A stretch of DNA of 38,399 bases, taken from assembly GCA_964590185.1 (NCBI GenBank), contig CAZPVZ010000065.1:1-38399 (forward strand). The letters are read 5' to 3'. The DNA comes from an uncultured Campylobacterales bacterium (GTDB lineage: Bacteria; Campylobacterota; Campylobacteria; Campylobacterales; JAADDG01). Below the pieces are notes generated by a model. It ran no database searches. It had not been told where the DNA came from and saw only the letters and a list, made by a program, of their open reading frames with translations. Positions 8,507 to 18,266 of this stretch are shown here, piece after piece. Within the stretch, counting starts at the first letter, position 1, and the number at the start of each line of letters is the position of its first letter. The translations under genes and the position numbers were made by a program.

Positions 8507-9769
8507 ATGCTAAAAAGCGTCGAACTTTTCAAATCCAACGAAACCTTTAAAAAACTCTTATCGAATTTCGTCTCTTTGGTAGTGTTGCAGGGAATCAACT
8601 ACATAGCTCCCCTGATACTGCTACCCTATCTCGTTAGAGTGTTGGGAATAGAAAAGTTCGGACTATGGGCGTTTGCTCTCGCCGTAACATCCTACTTCGT
8701 TTTGCTTACCGATTACGGATTCGAATTCACCGCAACCAGAAACATCTCTTTGCATAGAGAAAATCGTCAAAAAATAGAAGAAATATACAACAATACTTTG
8801 ACGATAAAATTTCTCTTCGCTCTTTTAAGTCTCTTTATAATCGTATTGTTAACACTCTTTATCGACAAATTTTCAAAAAACTACACCCTTTTTTACATTC
8901 TTTTTCTATCGGTCGTCGGCCAGGCTCTTTTTCCGGTATGGTTTTTTCAAGGCATAGAAAAGATGAAATACATAACCTTTTTAAACTTTCTATCGAAAGT
9001 AATTCTTTTATCCTTGATATTCGTTTTCGTAAAAACGCCCCAAGATATAAATCTCGTAGCTTTTTTCTACTCTCTCGGATTTTTGGCCTCCGGAATAATC
9101 GCCCAATACATAATCAAAAAAGATTACGGGATTTCCTTTTCTTTTCGAAAGCTCTCCGAAATAAAAGAGGATCTTATAGAGGGATGGTACGTATTTACCA
9201 CGAGAATAACCGTCAACCTCTATACGGCGGCAAACGTCGTGTTTTTGGGATTTTTGGCAAGCGACAAAGTGGTGGGATACTACTCCGTGGCCGAAAAGCT
9301 GGTCGTTGCGATAGGAGGAGCGTTCATACCGCTTCTACAAACGCTATATCCCCATTTCGCAAAAGTCTATTCCGTATCGAAAGAGAAGTTTTTCAAAGGC
9401 AACAAACTTCTATCGGCGGCAATATTTCTAACGGCTCTGCTCCTGTTTACGATCGTAAATCTTTTCGACGAAGAGATACTTCTCCTAATCACCGGAGAAA
9501 AGCCGAACGAATATCTTTTGAGGCTGTTTCACATTCTCACTCTAATAATATTCCTCTTTCCATACGGAGGACAGTTTACGAGAATGCTTATAACGATGGA
9601 AAAAGCGAAATTGCTAAACAGAATAGTTTTGATAGCGGCGATAATCAACACCTCTTTGGCTCCCGTAGCGATACACTTTTTCAGCGCGGAAGGAATAGCA
9701 TGGCTTACCGTTTTCATAGGATGCTACATAGCGATAGTGAAAGGATATTTCGTATATGTAAAAAATTGA
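8507..9769 (+). CDS. wzx: Wzx-type oligosaccharide/polysaccharide flippase (MOP superfamily)
   Basis: 420 aa and about 12 hydrophobic segments. The N-terminus is typical of polysaccharide biosynthesis protein family members (LLSNFVSLVVLQGINYIAPLILLPYLVRVLG). Transcribed divergently from the GT operon. Confidence 0.8.
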   Translation: MLKSVELFKSNETFKKLLSNFVSLVVLQGINYIAPLILLPYLVRVLGIEKFGLWAFALAVTSYFVLLTDYGFEFTATRNISLHRENRQKIEEIYNNTLTIKFLFALLSLFIIVLLTLFIDKFSKNYTLFYILFLSVVGQALFPVWFFQGIEKMKYITFLNFLSKVILLSLIFVFVKTPQDINLVAFFYSLGFLASGIIAQYIIKKDYGISFSFRKLSEIKEDLIEGWYVFTTRITVNLYTAANVVFLGFLASDKVVGYYSVAEKLVVAIGGAFIPLLQTLYPHFAKVYSVSKEKFFKGNKLLSAAIFLTALLLFTIVNLFDEEILLLITGEKPNEYLLRLFHILTLIIFLFPYGGQFTRMLITMEKAKLLNRIVLIAAIINTSLAPVAIHFFSAEGIAWLTVFIGCYIAIVKGYFVYVKN

Positions 9770-9812
9770 CGATATATGAAACGATAAACGATTTTTTTTA
9801 TGAAGAAAAGAG

Positions 9813-11222
9813 ATGAGCGTTTTCGTATATCTTATTCTAATTTTAATAATATTTATAGTGGAACTTAATAGAAAAAAATATTTCACTTACGACTTTATGA
9901 TATCTTTTAACTTCTTTTTTCTGATATCTTACGCTCTAACTCCCCTGATACTCGCTTCGGCCGAAGATCCCTCCGTCTATTTCGCAAACGATTTAACAAA
10001 AGGAGTTTACTATTACGGAGACGGAAAAACTCCCTTTTTGATACTCTTTTCGTATTTGATTTTTTTAGCCGGATATTATAACTCCTACTTTAGAAAAACT
10101 CTGCCCGTTTTTATAATAAAACCGAAATTTCAAGAAAGCTCCTTTATAAAAATATCTCCCTTTCTGGTAGCGATACTTCTGTTTTTCATGGTCGTTTACG
10201 TTATGCAGTTCGGAGGAGTTAGAGAGACCATAATGGCGGCGGAGGCTTACAGAAGCGACGAGTACGAGCCTCCGAAATTCGGTTTCGTGCAAAGATTCTT
10301 TCCCGCTAACATAGTTTTACTCTATTACTCCTTTTTCAAAGCTTTTTTGGACGAAGAGAACGAAAAATACAAAACGCCCTATATAATTCTCTTTCTCTTC
10401 TCGTTTGCATATTTTCTTTTCGTTTTCGTTTTATACAACAGCAGAGGATATTTGATAACCACCCTCGGAGGCTTGTATATCATTATGTCGATGGTAAAAA
10501 GAAGATACTATTTCGCTCAAGTTCTACTCCTATCCATAATCGCCGTAGCGGTGATAGAGATAGGAGATCCTCTCTTTTACGCCATTCCCGAACTTATAGA
10601 CAACGGATGGGAGAGTTTCGTAACCGCCTTTTTGGATCTTGTGAAAGAGGGAGAAAGAGAAGGGGGATTCGCTCTTTTTATCAGCAACTTTACGCATCCG
10701 ATAATCTCTTTGGATCTTAGTTTGAAAGTGGCGGGAAGCGAGGAGGTGCCTTTTAGATATTTTTCCGATTTCGTGATAGCGGTTTTGTCTCTTTTGCCGG
10801 ACAAACTCGTAGGATTCAAAGATCCGCTAAGCGTTAGCAACATAAATACGATTTTAAACATAGGAGAGCTAAAAGGCACCGTTTTGGTGGGCATACTGGG
10901 ATTTTTCGCATACTCTTTGGGAGTCGCGGGAATCGTAATCGGAATGTTTTTTTACGGAGTTTTGGGAGGATATCTGTCAAAATTTTTCTACGAAAACTAT
11001 AAGGAAAACAAAACCGTAATAGTTTTTGCGTACTTTTTCATATTTTATTATGGATATTTCGTATTTAGAGGAGATCCGAAAATTACGCTCGGAGAGGTTT
11101 TCATACTGATTTTCATAATAGGAGTTATTTTGCTATTTTCCGACATTTACGTAAAAAAATCTTTTGACGATATTAAATATTCGAAACCTTTTTCAAACAG
11201 GAACGAATATGAAGTCAAATAG
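9813..11222 (+). CDS. Polytopic membrane protein, probable Wzy-type repeat-unit polymerase
   Basis: 469 aa and very hydrophobic, with more than 10 TM segments and one larger loop. Lies between wzx and the co-polymerase gene. No diagnostic motif, so the call rests on context. Confidence 0.55.
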   Translation: MSVFVYLILILIIFIVELNRKKYFTYDFMISFNFFFLISYALTPLILASAEDPSVYFANDLTKGVYYYGDGKTPFLILFSYLIFLAGYYNSYFRKTLPVFIIKPKFQESSFIKISPFLVAILLFFMVVYVMQFGGVRETIMAAEAYRSDEYEPPKFGFVQRFFPANIVLLYYSFFKAFLDEENEKYKTPYIILFLFSFAYFLFVFVLYNSRGYLITTLGGLYIIMSMVKRRYYFAQVLLLSIIAVAVIEIGDPLFYAIPELIDNGWESFVTAFLDLVKEGEREGGFALFISNFTHPIISLDLSLKVAGSEEVPFRYFSDFVIAVLSLLPDKLVGFKDPLSVSNINTILNIGELKGTVLVGILGFFAYSLGVAGIVIGMFFYGVLGGYLSKFFYENYKENKTVIVFAYFFIFYYGYFVFRGDPKITLGEVFILIFIIGVILLFSDIYVKKSFDDIKYSKPFSNRNEYEVK

Positions 11223-13518
11223 AAACGAATCTTTAGCCGATTACGAAGCTTTAAACGTAAAAAATCTAACGTTCTTTCTATCTAAAGAGAATTTGACGAT
11301 AACATTTATAATTTTACTTCTTTCCCTACTTTTCGGATATATCTATTACAAACAAAAAACTCCCGTTTATAAATCCTACATCAGCATAGAACTTCCGGAA
11401 AGAGGAGCGGAGAACAGAGGAGCTCAAGGTCTCCAAAACATAATCCAAAACATCACCATGCCGACTCCCATGAACAGAGAGACGGAAATAGACATTATAA
11501 AATCGAAAAGACTCATTTTAAAAACCATAAATATCGTTCCCATGAATATAAGATACTATAAAAAAGGGACTTTTAGAAAGATAGAGCTCGAAAATCCTCC
11601 TTTCGTCGTAAAAAACGCGATCCTAAAAGGGATTGCGAAAGTAAATTTTATCTTAACTCCGATCGACGAAAAGAGATTCAAACTGAAAATAGACGCAAAA
11701 AACCGAAAGGAGATGATATACAAATACGGCCAAAAAATAAAAATGACGAAAGGAAGTTTCGTTATCGAAAAAGCTTTGAAAAATATCCCCAAAGAGAAGT
11801 ACTATTTTACGATTTTGCACGAGCAGAAAGTGGCCAAAGAGATACAAAAAAACCTAAGCGTCACCCCGTCTTCTTTAAGATCCTCTCTTATAATAGTGGA
11901 GTATAGGGACTCAAATCCCCGTCTTTTAAAAGATTTTCTAAATACGCTCGGAAAAGTTTATATAGAAGAGAACATCAAAAAAAGAACCCAAGCCGCCTCG
12001 GCAACGCTCGAGTTCATAACCAAACAGCTTAAAAAGATAAAGAAAAAGTTGGAAAAATCGGCTCAAGCCTTAAAAAATTTCAAAAAAAACAACAACATTT
12101 TAGACATAGCCACAAAAACGAGGGAGCTTATAGACAGATCGGTAGCCATAAAAGAGGAGCTTTCGAGAGCCTATCTCGAACTTCAGGCTTTTAAAAGCGT
12201 AAAAAAGGAGTTTTTAAAAGGAAACTACTCGGCACTCGCCGCGATAGGAAACAGATTTCCCATCCTAAACAATCTGATAGAGCGGCTAAAAAGAGAAGAG
12301 ATCGAAAAAGAGAGCCTTCTTACCGAATACACCCCTTTGCATCCTCAAGTCATAAGAGTCGATAAGAGCATAAAAGAGATTAAAAACTCCATAAAAAAAC
12401 TCATAAAAGGAATAGAGACGGATCTTGAAAAAAGAAAGAACATACTCGAAAAAGAGTACCGAAGCTATGAAAAGGAGATAAAAAGTCTCCCGAAAAAAGA
12501 GCAGATCTACGCCAATTTGGAAAGAGATTACGAAGTTAACGAAAGATTATACTCCTATCTGCTAAACGAAAAATCTCAATTCTCCATAGCCAAAGCCGCG
12601 AAAGTCGCGGGAACGAAGATCATAGATTACGCGGAAATTCCTCTAAAACCGTTTAGCCCCAACAAATCTCTCGTCTTAAGCGTAAGCGCGTTTTTAGGAC
12701 TTTTGCTCTCGATGGCGATCATATTTTTCAAAGAAAAAAACGATCCTAAATTAAAAAGCCCTTCGGAAGTCGGCAAACTAAGCTCTCTTCCGATATACGG
12801 CCTCATACCCTTTATCAAAGACGAAACGGCCTACAATAAAGTTTACGTCTTGGAAAATCCCAATTCCAAAGAGAGCGAAGTATATAGAAAAATAAGAACC
12901 GAACTCGAATTCATTCCTCCCTCAGCAGGATGCAAAACCATTTTGGTAACCTCATACGTTCCGGGAGAGAGAAAAACCGTTACTTCGGCAAATTTGGCGG
13001 CGATATTCGGTTTAGGAAACAAAAAGACGCTTCTTATCTCTTTCGACTTCATCACTCCTCAAATTCACAAAAAATTCTCCATCCCCAACAGATACGGAAC
13101 GGCGGATCTGCTGGAAAAGAGAGTCAAAAATCTCGATAAAGTCATATTCGAACATCCGATATACCAAAATCTTCACATCATCCCTTCAGGAGAGATACCG
13201 AAAAACAGATACGATCTTATCCAATCAAACAAAACGGACGCTCTTTTTAAATATCTAAAAAAAATCTACGACTACATCATAGTTGACACTCCGGCGGTGG
13301 ATATGGTTTCGGACGCCCTTTTGTTAACGAGACACAGCGACATAACCGTATTTACGGTAAGAATGGACTTTTCCAAAAAAAGCCACATAAAAAACGTGGA
13401 CCTTCTCGTTAAAAAATACAAAATAAAAAATGCGGGATTTATAATCAATTCAATAAAAACGAAACACCTAAATTTCGAAACCTACGACAAAGGATATCTT
13501 TACTATGCAAACTACTAA
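11209..13518 (+). CDS. Polysaccharide co-polymerase / BY-kinase (Wzc/GumC-like chain-length determinant with C-terminal tyrosine autokinase)
   Basis: The listed ORF starts at TTG 11164. ATG 11209 (MKSNRNE) with an AGGAA RBS is preferred. It has an N-terminal TM, a long coiled-coil periplasmic region, a second TM, then a P-loop domain (VTSYVPGERKTVTSANLA, DTPAV). The tail is Tyr-rich (YDKGYLYYANY). Confidence 0.85.
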   Translation: MKSNRNESLADYEALNVKNLTFFLSKENLTITFIILLLSLLFGYIYYKQKTPVYKSYISIELPERGAENRGAQGLQNIIQNITMPTPMNRETEIDIIKSKRLILKTINIVPMNIRYYKKGTFRKIELENPPFVVKNAILKGIAKVNFILTPIDEKRFKLKIDAKNRKEMIYKYGQKIKMTKGSFVIEKALKNIPKEKYYFTILHEQKVAKEIQKNLSVTPSSLRSSLIIVEYRDSNPRLLKDFLNTLGKVYIEENIKKRTQAASATLEFITKQLKKIKKKLEKSAQALKNFKKNNNILDIATKTRELIDRSVAIKEELSRAYLELQAFKSVKKEFLKGNYSALAAIGNRFPILNNLIERLKREEIEKESLLTEYTPLHPQVIRVDKSIKEIKNSIKKLIKGIETDLEKRKNILEKEYRSYEKEIKSLPKKEQIYANLERDYEVNERLYSYLLNEKSQFSIAKAAKVAGTKIIDYAEIPLKPFSPNKSLVLSVSAFLGLLLSMAIIFFKEKNDPKLKSPSEVGKLSSLPIYGLIPFIKDETAYNKVYVLENPNSKESEVYRKIRTELEFIPPSAGCKTILVTSYVPGERKTVTSANLAAIFGLGNKKTLLISFDFITPQIHKKFSIPNRYGTADLLEKRVKNLDKVIFEHPIYQNLHIIPSGEIPKNRYDLIQSNKTDALFKYLKKIYDYIIVDTPAVDMVSDALLLTRHSDITVFTVRMDFSKKSHIKNVDLLVKKYKIKNAGFIINSIKTKHLNFETYDKGYLYYANY

Positions 13519-14671
13519 GGCGATATTTCTCCTGTTTCTAACCTCCTCCCTGCTCTTTTCCCGAAACCTGTTCGTTTCCTTAAAAGGAGACGACGAAAAC
13601 GAAGGGGATTTCAAACATCCCTTCAAAACCCTCCAAAAAGCCATAAATTCCGCAAAACCGGGAGATATCGTTTATATAAGAGGAGGCGTTTATCCTCTAA
13701 AAGGAGAGTTTACCGCAAACGGCACGGAACGAAAACCGATAATTTTTCGTCCATATAAAAACGAAACCGTAGTTTTTAAGGGAGAGAGGAAAAAAGAGGA
13801 TAAATTCTGGATAGTGGGCTCTTATCAGATATTGAAAAATTTCAAAATAATAAACGGAGAAACGGGAGCGGTTTTTACAAGATACGAAGATTTCAACGCA
13901 TCCCACAACGTTCTTGAAAACATAGAGTTTTACGGACACGTATTCGGGGGAGTTTTGATAACGGGAGGAGCATCTTACAACCTCATCCTAAACTGCGACT
14001 CTCACGACAATTTCGACGAAAAGACCGCCGGAGAACACGCCGACGGATTTGCGGTTAAAGGTTTCGAAAACGGATACCCTTATCCGTATGCGGGAGACGG
14101 TAACGAATTTATAGGATGCAGAGCTTTTAACAACAGTGACGACGGATTCGATCTATGGGATGCGGGAGGGAAAGTAACGATAAAAAGATGTCTCTCTTAC
14201 GGAAACGGTTACGATAGATGGAATTTTACCAAAAGAACCGGAAAAAGATTCGAAGGAGACGGAAGCGGCTTTAAACTCGGCCGAAACAATAAAAAATACG
14301 GAACGAGCTTTCATAAAGTAATAAACTCTTTAGCGTGGAACAACAAATATGCCGGTTTCGATTCGAGCGAAAACGAAAACGCTCTTTTAATAAAAAACAA
14401 CGTTTCGTACGACAACGGGATAAATTATAAATTCGAAAGCAAAAAACAGATTCTTTTTCACAATCTCTCGATAAAACCGAAATTCTCCCATTTTCGGGGG
14501 CTAAAAGATCCGCACTTTTTAAATTCTTGGGAAGAGTGCGAGGATAAAGAGATAGAAAAGAGAGTCGTATCTTACGACGATACGAAGATAAGAGGAAAAA
14601 GAGACGAAAAAGGAGAGTTCGTAAGAGGAGATTTTCTAAAGCTGAACCCCCCTTGTAAAAGTTACCGTTAA
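13505..14671 (+). CDS. Secreted right-handed parallel beta-helix protein (pectate-lyase-fold, DUF1565-like)
   Basis: 388 aa with a signal peptide. The N-terminus (FVSLKGDDENEGDFKHPFKTLQKAINSAKPGDIVYIRGGVY) is typical of beta-helix glycan lyase/hydrolase-like proteins. Overlaps the BY-kinase gene end by 14 nt. Confidence 0.7.
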   Translation: MQTTKAIFLLFLTSSLLFSRNLFVSLKGDDENEGDFKHPFKTLQKAINSAKPGDIVYIRGGVYPLKGEFTANGTERKPIIFRPYKNETVVFKGERKKEDKFWIVGSYQILKNFKIINGETGAVFTRYEDFNASHNVLENIEFYGHVFGGVLITGGASYNLILNCDSHDNFDEKTAGEHADGFAVKGFENGYPYPYAGDGNEFIGCRAFNNSDDGFDLWDAGGKVTIKRCLSYGNGYDRWNFTKRTGKRFEGDGSGFKLGRNNKKYGTSFHKVINSLAWNNKYAGFDSSENENALLIKNNVSYDNGINYKFESKKQILFHNLSIKPKFSHFRGLKDPHFLNSWEECEDKEIEKRVVSYDDTKIRGKRDEKGEFVRGDFLKLNPPCKSYR

Positions 14672-14675
14672 AAAC

Positions 14676-15110
14676 TCATATCGGTTTAACGACCACCATA
14701 ATAACTATAATTATCATTAAAATCGTGGGAACTTCGTTATAAAATCTAAAAAATTTGCCGCTTTTTACGCATTTATCTTCGGCAAGTCTCTTTCTAAAAT
14801 AGTTTAAAGAAATATGATACGCTATCAACAAACCGGCCGCAAAAAGTTTGACATAAAGCCAATCGCCGCTTTTAAAAAGAGAGGGATTTAGATAGATCAT
14901 CAAAAGTCCGCTCAAAACGGTGGCCCAAAAAGCGGGAACGCCTATAAACTTGAAAAGTTTCTCCTCTTGAATCTTAACTACTTCCACAAATCCCTTATTG
15001 TCGATGTTTTCCATATGATAAACATACAGTCTCGGCTGATAAAAAAGCATCGCCATCCAACTGATAAAACTCATAACGTGAAAAGCCAAAATCCAACCGT
15101 AATATTCCAT
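14676..15110 (-). CDS. hemJ: Protoporphyrinogen IX oxidase HemJ (UPF0093 family)
   Basis: Motif WILAFHVMSFISWMAMLFYQPRLYVYH and 4 TM helices. The ATG at 15110 is preceded by AAAGGAG at 7-nt spacing. The listed ORF start at 15143 is probably too far upstream. Confidence 0.8.
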   Translation of the reverse strand: MEYYGWILAFHVMSFISWMAMLFYQPRLYVYHMENIDNKGFVEVVKIQEEKLFKFIGVPAFWATVLSGLLMIYLNPSLFKSGDWLYVKLFAAGLLIAYHISLNYFRKRLAEDKCVKSGKFFRFYNEVPTILMIIIVIMVVVKPI

Positions 15111-15173
15111 GAAAAAGCTCCTTTTTAGAATCCATTTTAACAAAAAAAAGTTTATAAACTAAATAGAAATCTT

Positions 15174-15182
15174 TGATATAAT
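15174..15182 (+). promoter_or_regulatory. Extended -10 promoter element TGATATAAT upstream of the OM barrel gene
   Basis: TGnTATAAT at 15174-15182, 27 nt upstream of ATG 15209. An AGGGAG RBS lies at 15196-15201. The same 9-mer occurs upstream of the gene at 23319. Confidence 0.5.
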
Positions 15183-15208
15183 AATAATTATTTAAAGGGA
15201 GAAAAATT

Positions 15209-15967
15209 ATGAAAAAATTCGCTTTATTTTTAACTTCCTCTCTTCTCTCGTCTCTCCTTTGCGCCGACGTGGTAGGCATGGGAATAGGAGGAGGCGCTTG
15301 GAATCATAACGAAAGCGGTTGGATACGAAAGGACGGAAACGAAATAGACGTCGAGGAGGATTTGCATTTTAGCTCTCAAAACAACGGCTATATATGGGTT
15401 TACGTGGAGCATCCCCTTCCTCTGTTTCCCAACGTAAAAATAACGGGAACGAGACTTTCAAACGACGGAGAGGGGCCGGTTTCCAAAACGGTTAAATACG
15501 GAGATCTGATCATAAACGCAAACGGATACGAAAAAAGCTCCTTTAAACTGAATCAGCTCGATACCGTTTTATATTACGAAGTTTTGGATAGCGGCGTAAA
15601 CCTCGATATAGGAATAAACGTCAAATACATAGACGGTTCGGCGGAAATAGCGGCATACGACCCCACCGCATCCCATATTTTGAAAAAAGAATCGAAAGAT
15701 TTCACTTTAACCGTTCCCATGCTTTACGCCGACGCGAGACTTCCCATACCGATGACCAATCTCGAGCTCGGACTTACGGCAAACGCGATAAGTTACGACT
15801 CGAGCGATTTTTACGATACGAAAATCTACCTAAATTACGACATAGCGGTCGGCACGGGGTTGGAGATAGGATACAGATACGAAAAAATAAAAATAGACGA
15901 TATAGACGACATTTTTTCGGATCTCGAGATAAAAGGCGTTTATGCGGGAGTATATTTTAGATTTTAA
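15209..15967 (+). CDS. Outer-membrane beta-barrel protein
   Basis: 252 aa with a signal peptide (MKKFALFLTSSLLSSLLCA). It has alternating amphipathic strands and a C-terminal aromatic signature (GVYAGVYFRF). Confidence 0.7.
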   Translation: MKKFALFLTSSLLSSLLCADVVGMGIGGGAWNHNESGWIRKDGNEIDVEEDLHFSSQNNGYIWVYVEHPLPLFPNVKITGTRLSNDGEGPVSKTVKYGDLIINANGYEKSSFKLNQLDTVLYYEVLDSGVNLDIGINVKYIDGSAEIAAYDPTASHILKKESKDFTLTVPMLYADARLPIPMTNLELGLTANAISYDSSDFYDTKIYLNYDIAVGTGLEIGYRYEKIKIDDIDDIFSDLEIKGVYAGVYFRF

Positions 15968-15998
15968 AAAACTCGGGGTTAAGGCCTCGATAATTTCG

Positions 15999-17403
15999 CT
16001 AAAAAAGGTAGATTTTCAAAATCGATAAAACGGCGATTTCGAAAAAAACAAACGATGATAGATAAAACGCCCGTTTCAAACTCAAAAACTTGACGAATTT
16101 ATCGAATCCGAACTCCCTTATCGTATAGTAGAGCAAGACAAATCCCGCCGCGGAGCTTGCGAGAGCGAGTCCGGAAGCCTTCATCGGATATATCAAAACG
16201 AGAGACAAAACGATATTAACGAAAAGAGAGTAGGAAGCTATCTTAGCCGCCTCTTTCTGCTTATGCTTCGAATAGAGCCACAAAGAGAATATTTTGGAAA
16301 GTCCGTACGGCAAAAGCCCTATCAGATACATACTAAGAACGGAAGCGGTTATCAAAGTATCTTCGTACCGAAAACTTCCCCTCTCAAAGAGCAAAGAGAC
16401 AACCTCTTTGGAAAGCATGATTCCGCCAACGACGAAAGAGCTTAAAAGAAAGAGCAAAAACCAAAAACCGTTTTTCAAAAGATAGAGAGCCTCCTCTTCT
16501 CTTTCGTTTTTCAGATATCTCGCCACTTTCGGAAATATGGCGGTGGAAGCGGCTATCGCAAAAAGCGCCAAAGGGAGTTGAAAAACTCTGTTGGCATAAT
16601 AAAGATAGCTTATGTTTCCGGCCGCCAGAAAACTTGCGAGCCAAGTATCCAAAAAAGCGGAAACTTGAGCGGTAGAATTTCCCAAAATAGCGGGGAAAAA
16701 AGAGCGATAAAATCTCTCAACCTCATTCTTTACCGAAGCTCCCTTCTTCTTAAGATAAACGAAACCTCCCGTTAAAATTTTTAAAACTCCGAACCTTTTT
16801 GCCGCAATCAAGTGAGCTAAAAGCTGAAAAAATCCTCCCGCCAAAACTCCGAAACTCATATACCAAACGATCTCCTTGGGAGGCAAAGAGCGAGAGAGCA
16901 AAAGAGCCGCGATAATACCGATATTTAAAAAAGCGGTGGAAAAAGCGGTCGTAGCGAAGTGATTTTTATATTGCAAAAAGGAGGCCAAAAAAGTTACGAC
17001 GAAAATTATATCCAAATAATAAAAATTCAAAGCCACCAAAGGAGCCGCTTTAGAGACCGTCTCTTCATCAAATCCCACCGCTATGAGTTTGGTAAAAAAG
17101 GGAGAAAAAAGAGTTACGGTCAAAGAAAAAAGAATCAAAAACGAAATAAACCGCAAAAATATCGCCGCGCTAAAAAGACTCTTTTTTTTGGACGCGGCAA
17201 AGGAAGGAAGAAAACTTTGAACGAAGGCCCCCTCCGCAAAAATCCTTCTGAAAAGATTGGGGAGTTTGAAAGCTACGAAAAATATGTCGCTGTAAATATT
17301 GGCCCCCAAAACGGAAGCGGTTAGAAGATCCCTTATGAAACCTAAAATCCTTGAAAAGAGAATTCCGAAACTGTTTGTAAAAATAGAACGAAAAATATAT
17401 CAT
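15999..17403 (-). CDS. murJ: Lipid II flippase MurJ, with an anomalous 5' end (apparent +1 frameshift or non-canonical start)
   Basis: The listed 436-aa ORF begins at an internal TTG. The same frame continues upstream as YIFRSIFTNSFGILFSRILGFIRDLLTASVLGANIYSDIFFVAFKLPNLFRRIFAEGAF, the conserved MurJ N-terminus. That frame has no canonical start after the TGA at 17402-17400, and the ATG at 17403 is in another frame. Confidence 0.85.
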
Positions 17404-17406
17404 CCT

Positions 17407-17805
17407 TTAAATGTCAAGAGATTCCATCAAAGAGGAGACTATGTCGCTCATCGTAATAATTCCGTAAAGCTCGTTATTGTCTATCACCAAAAGCCTCTTT
17501 ATACTGCTCTTTACCATCATCTGAGCGGCATATTTCACTTCAAGTTTCGCCGAAACCGATACCGCCGGAAGAGTGCATACGTCATAGACGTTTAAAAACT
17601 CTATATCCCCGTCTTCCGCCACCATCGCCTGAAGAACGTTTTTAAAGGTCAAAATTCCGTAAGCTCCGTGCTCGGAACTTTTATCAACCACTACCGAATG
17701 GGTTTCGTACTCCTTCATCTTTTTCAAAGCGTCTTTAAGGGAGCTCATCTGACTAACGATCGCCAAGTCCTCTCTTCTGGTCATAATATCCTCAACCAAA
17801 ACCAT
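17407..17805 (-). CDS. CBS-domain pair protein
   Basis: 132 aa with two CBS repeats (IMTRREDLAIV...HSVVVD; VSVSAKLEVKYAAQMMVKSSIKRLLVID..GIITMSDI). Confidence 0.8.
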   Translation of the reverse strand: MVLVEDIMTRREDLAIVSQMSSLKDALKKMKEYETHSVVVDKSSEHGAYGILTFKNVLQAMVAEDGDIEFLNVYDVCTLPAVSVSAKLEVKYAAQMMVKSSIKRLLVIDNNELYGIITMSDIVSSLMESLDI

Positions 17806-17819
17806 AAGCGACTCCTATC

Positions 17820-18170
17820 CTAAACCATATCTCGAATCTGATTTTGAAACTTTCTAAGCTCCTCATGATCTATGCCGACTATATGAGAGATAGGAAGAGT
17901 AAAAACTATCGCTTCGCTCTCTTTGGTATCCGTTTGAAAAAACGTCCGAAGTTTTTTCATAATTCTCAACGAGAGTTTGCGAGGAAGCAAAAACACAAGA
18001 AGAGAAACCTTTTTGGAAGAGAGAAGTTTTACCGGGATAAATTTATTCTTATCCGAAAAATGTTCGGCTTTAAACGCGATAACGCTTCCTCCTCCGTTTT
18101 CTTTTACGAGTTCTATCGTCTCATCGACTCTTTTGGGAGAGACGACGGCTACCAAAGAAACGAATTTCAT
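17820..18170 (-). CDS. Small hypothetical protein, possibly P-II-like fold
   Basis: 116 aa with a good RBS (AGGAAGAGGG before the ATG). The beta-alpha-beta start MKFVSLVAVVSPKRVDETIELVKENGGGS is reminiscent of P-II-like proteins that often pair with CBS proteins. This is weak evidence. Confidence 0.35.
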   Translation of the reverse strand: MKFVSLVAVVSPKRVDETIELVKENGGGSVIAFKAEHFSDKNKFIPVKLLSSKKVSLLVFLLPRKLSLRIMKKLRTFFQTDTKESEAIVFTLPISHIVGIDHEELRKFQNQIRDMV

Positions 18171-18244
18171 CCCTCTTCCTTTTTTAAAAACTGCGTTAGA
18201 GAAATTTTATCAAGAAAGAGCTTAAATTTTATAATTTAAATCGT

Positions 18245-18262
18245 GCGGGGAAAGTTCCCCGC
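18245..18262 (-). terminator. GC-rich hairpin downstream of the CotH-family gene
   Basis: On the minus strand, GCGGGGAACTTTCCCCGC sits 5 nt after the TAA stop and is followed by an A/T-rich sequence, but not by a clean U-run. Confidence 0.45.
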
Positions 18263-18266
18263 CTTC

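Noticed and set aside
8938-9816. A 292-aa + strand ORF overlapping wzx in another frame
   Set aside because: The translation is Arg/Ser/Lys-rich and low-complexity with no motifs. The overlapping frame (8507-9769) encodes a coherent 12-TM flippase.
17844-18239. A 131-aa + strand ORF opposite the P-II-like gene
   Set aside because: The translation is highly basic and low-complexity with no RBS. The minus-strand ORF has a strong RBS and sits in a co-directional gene string.
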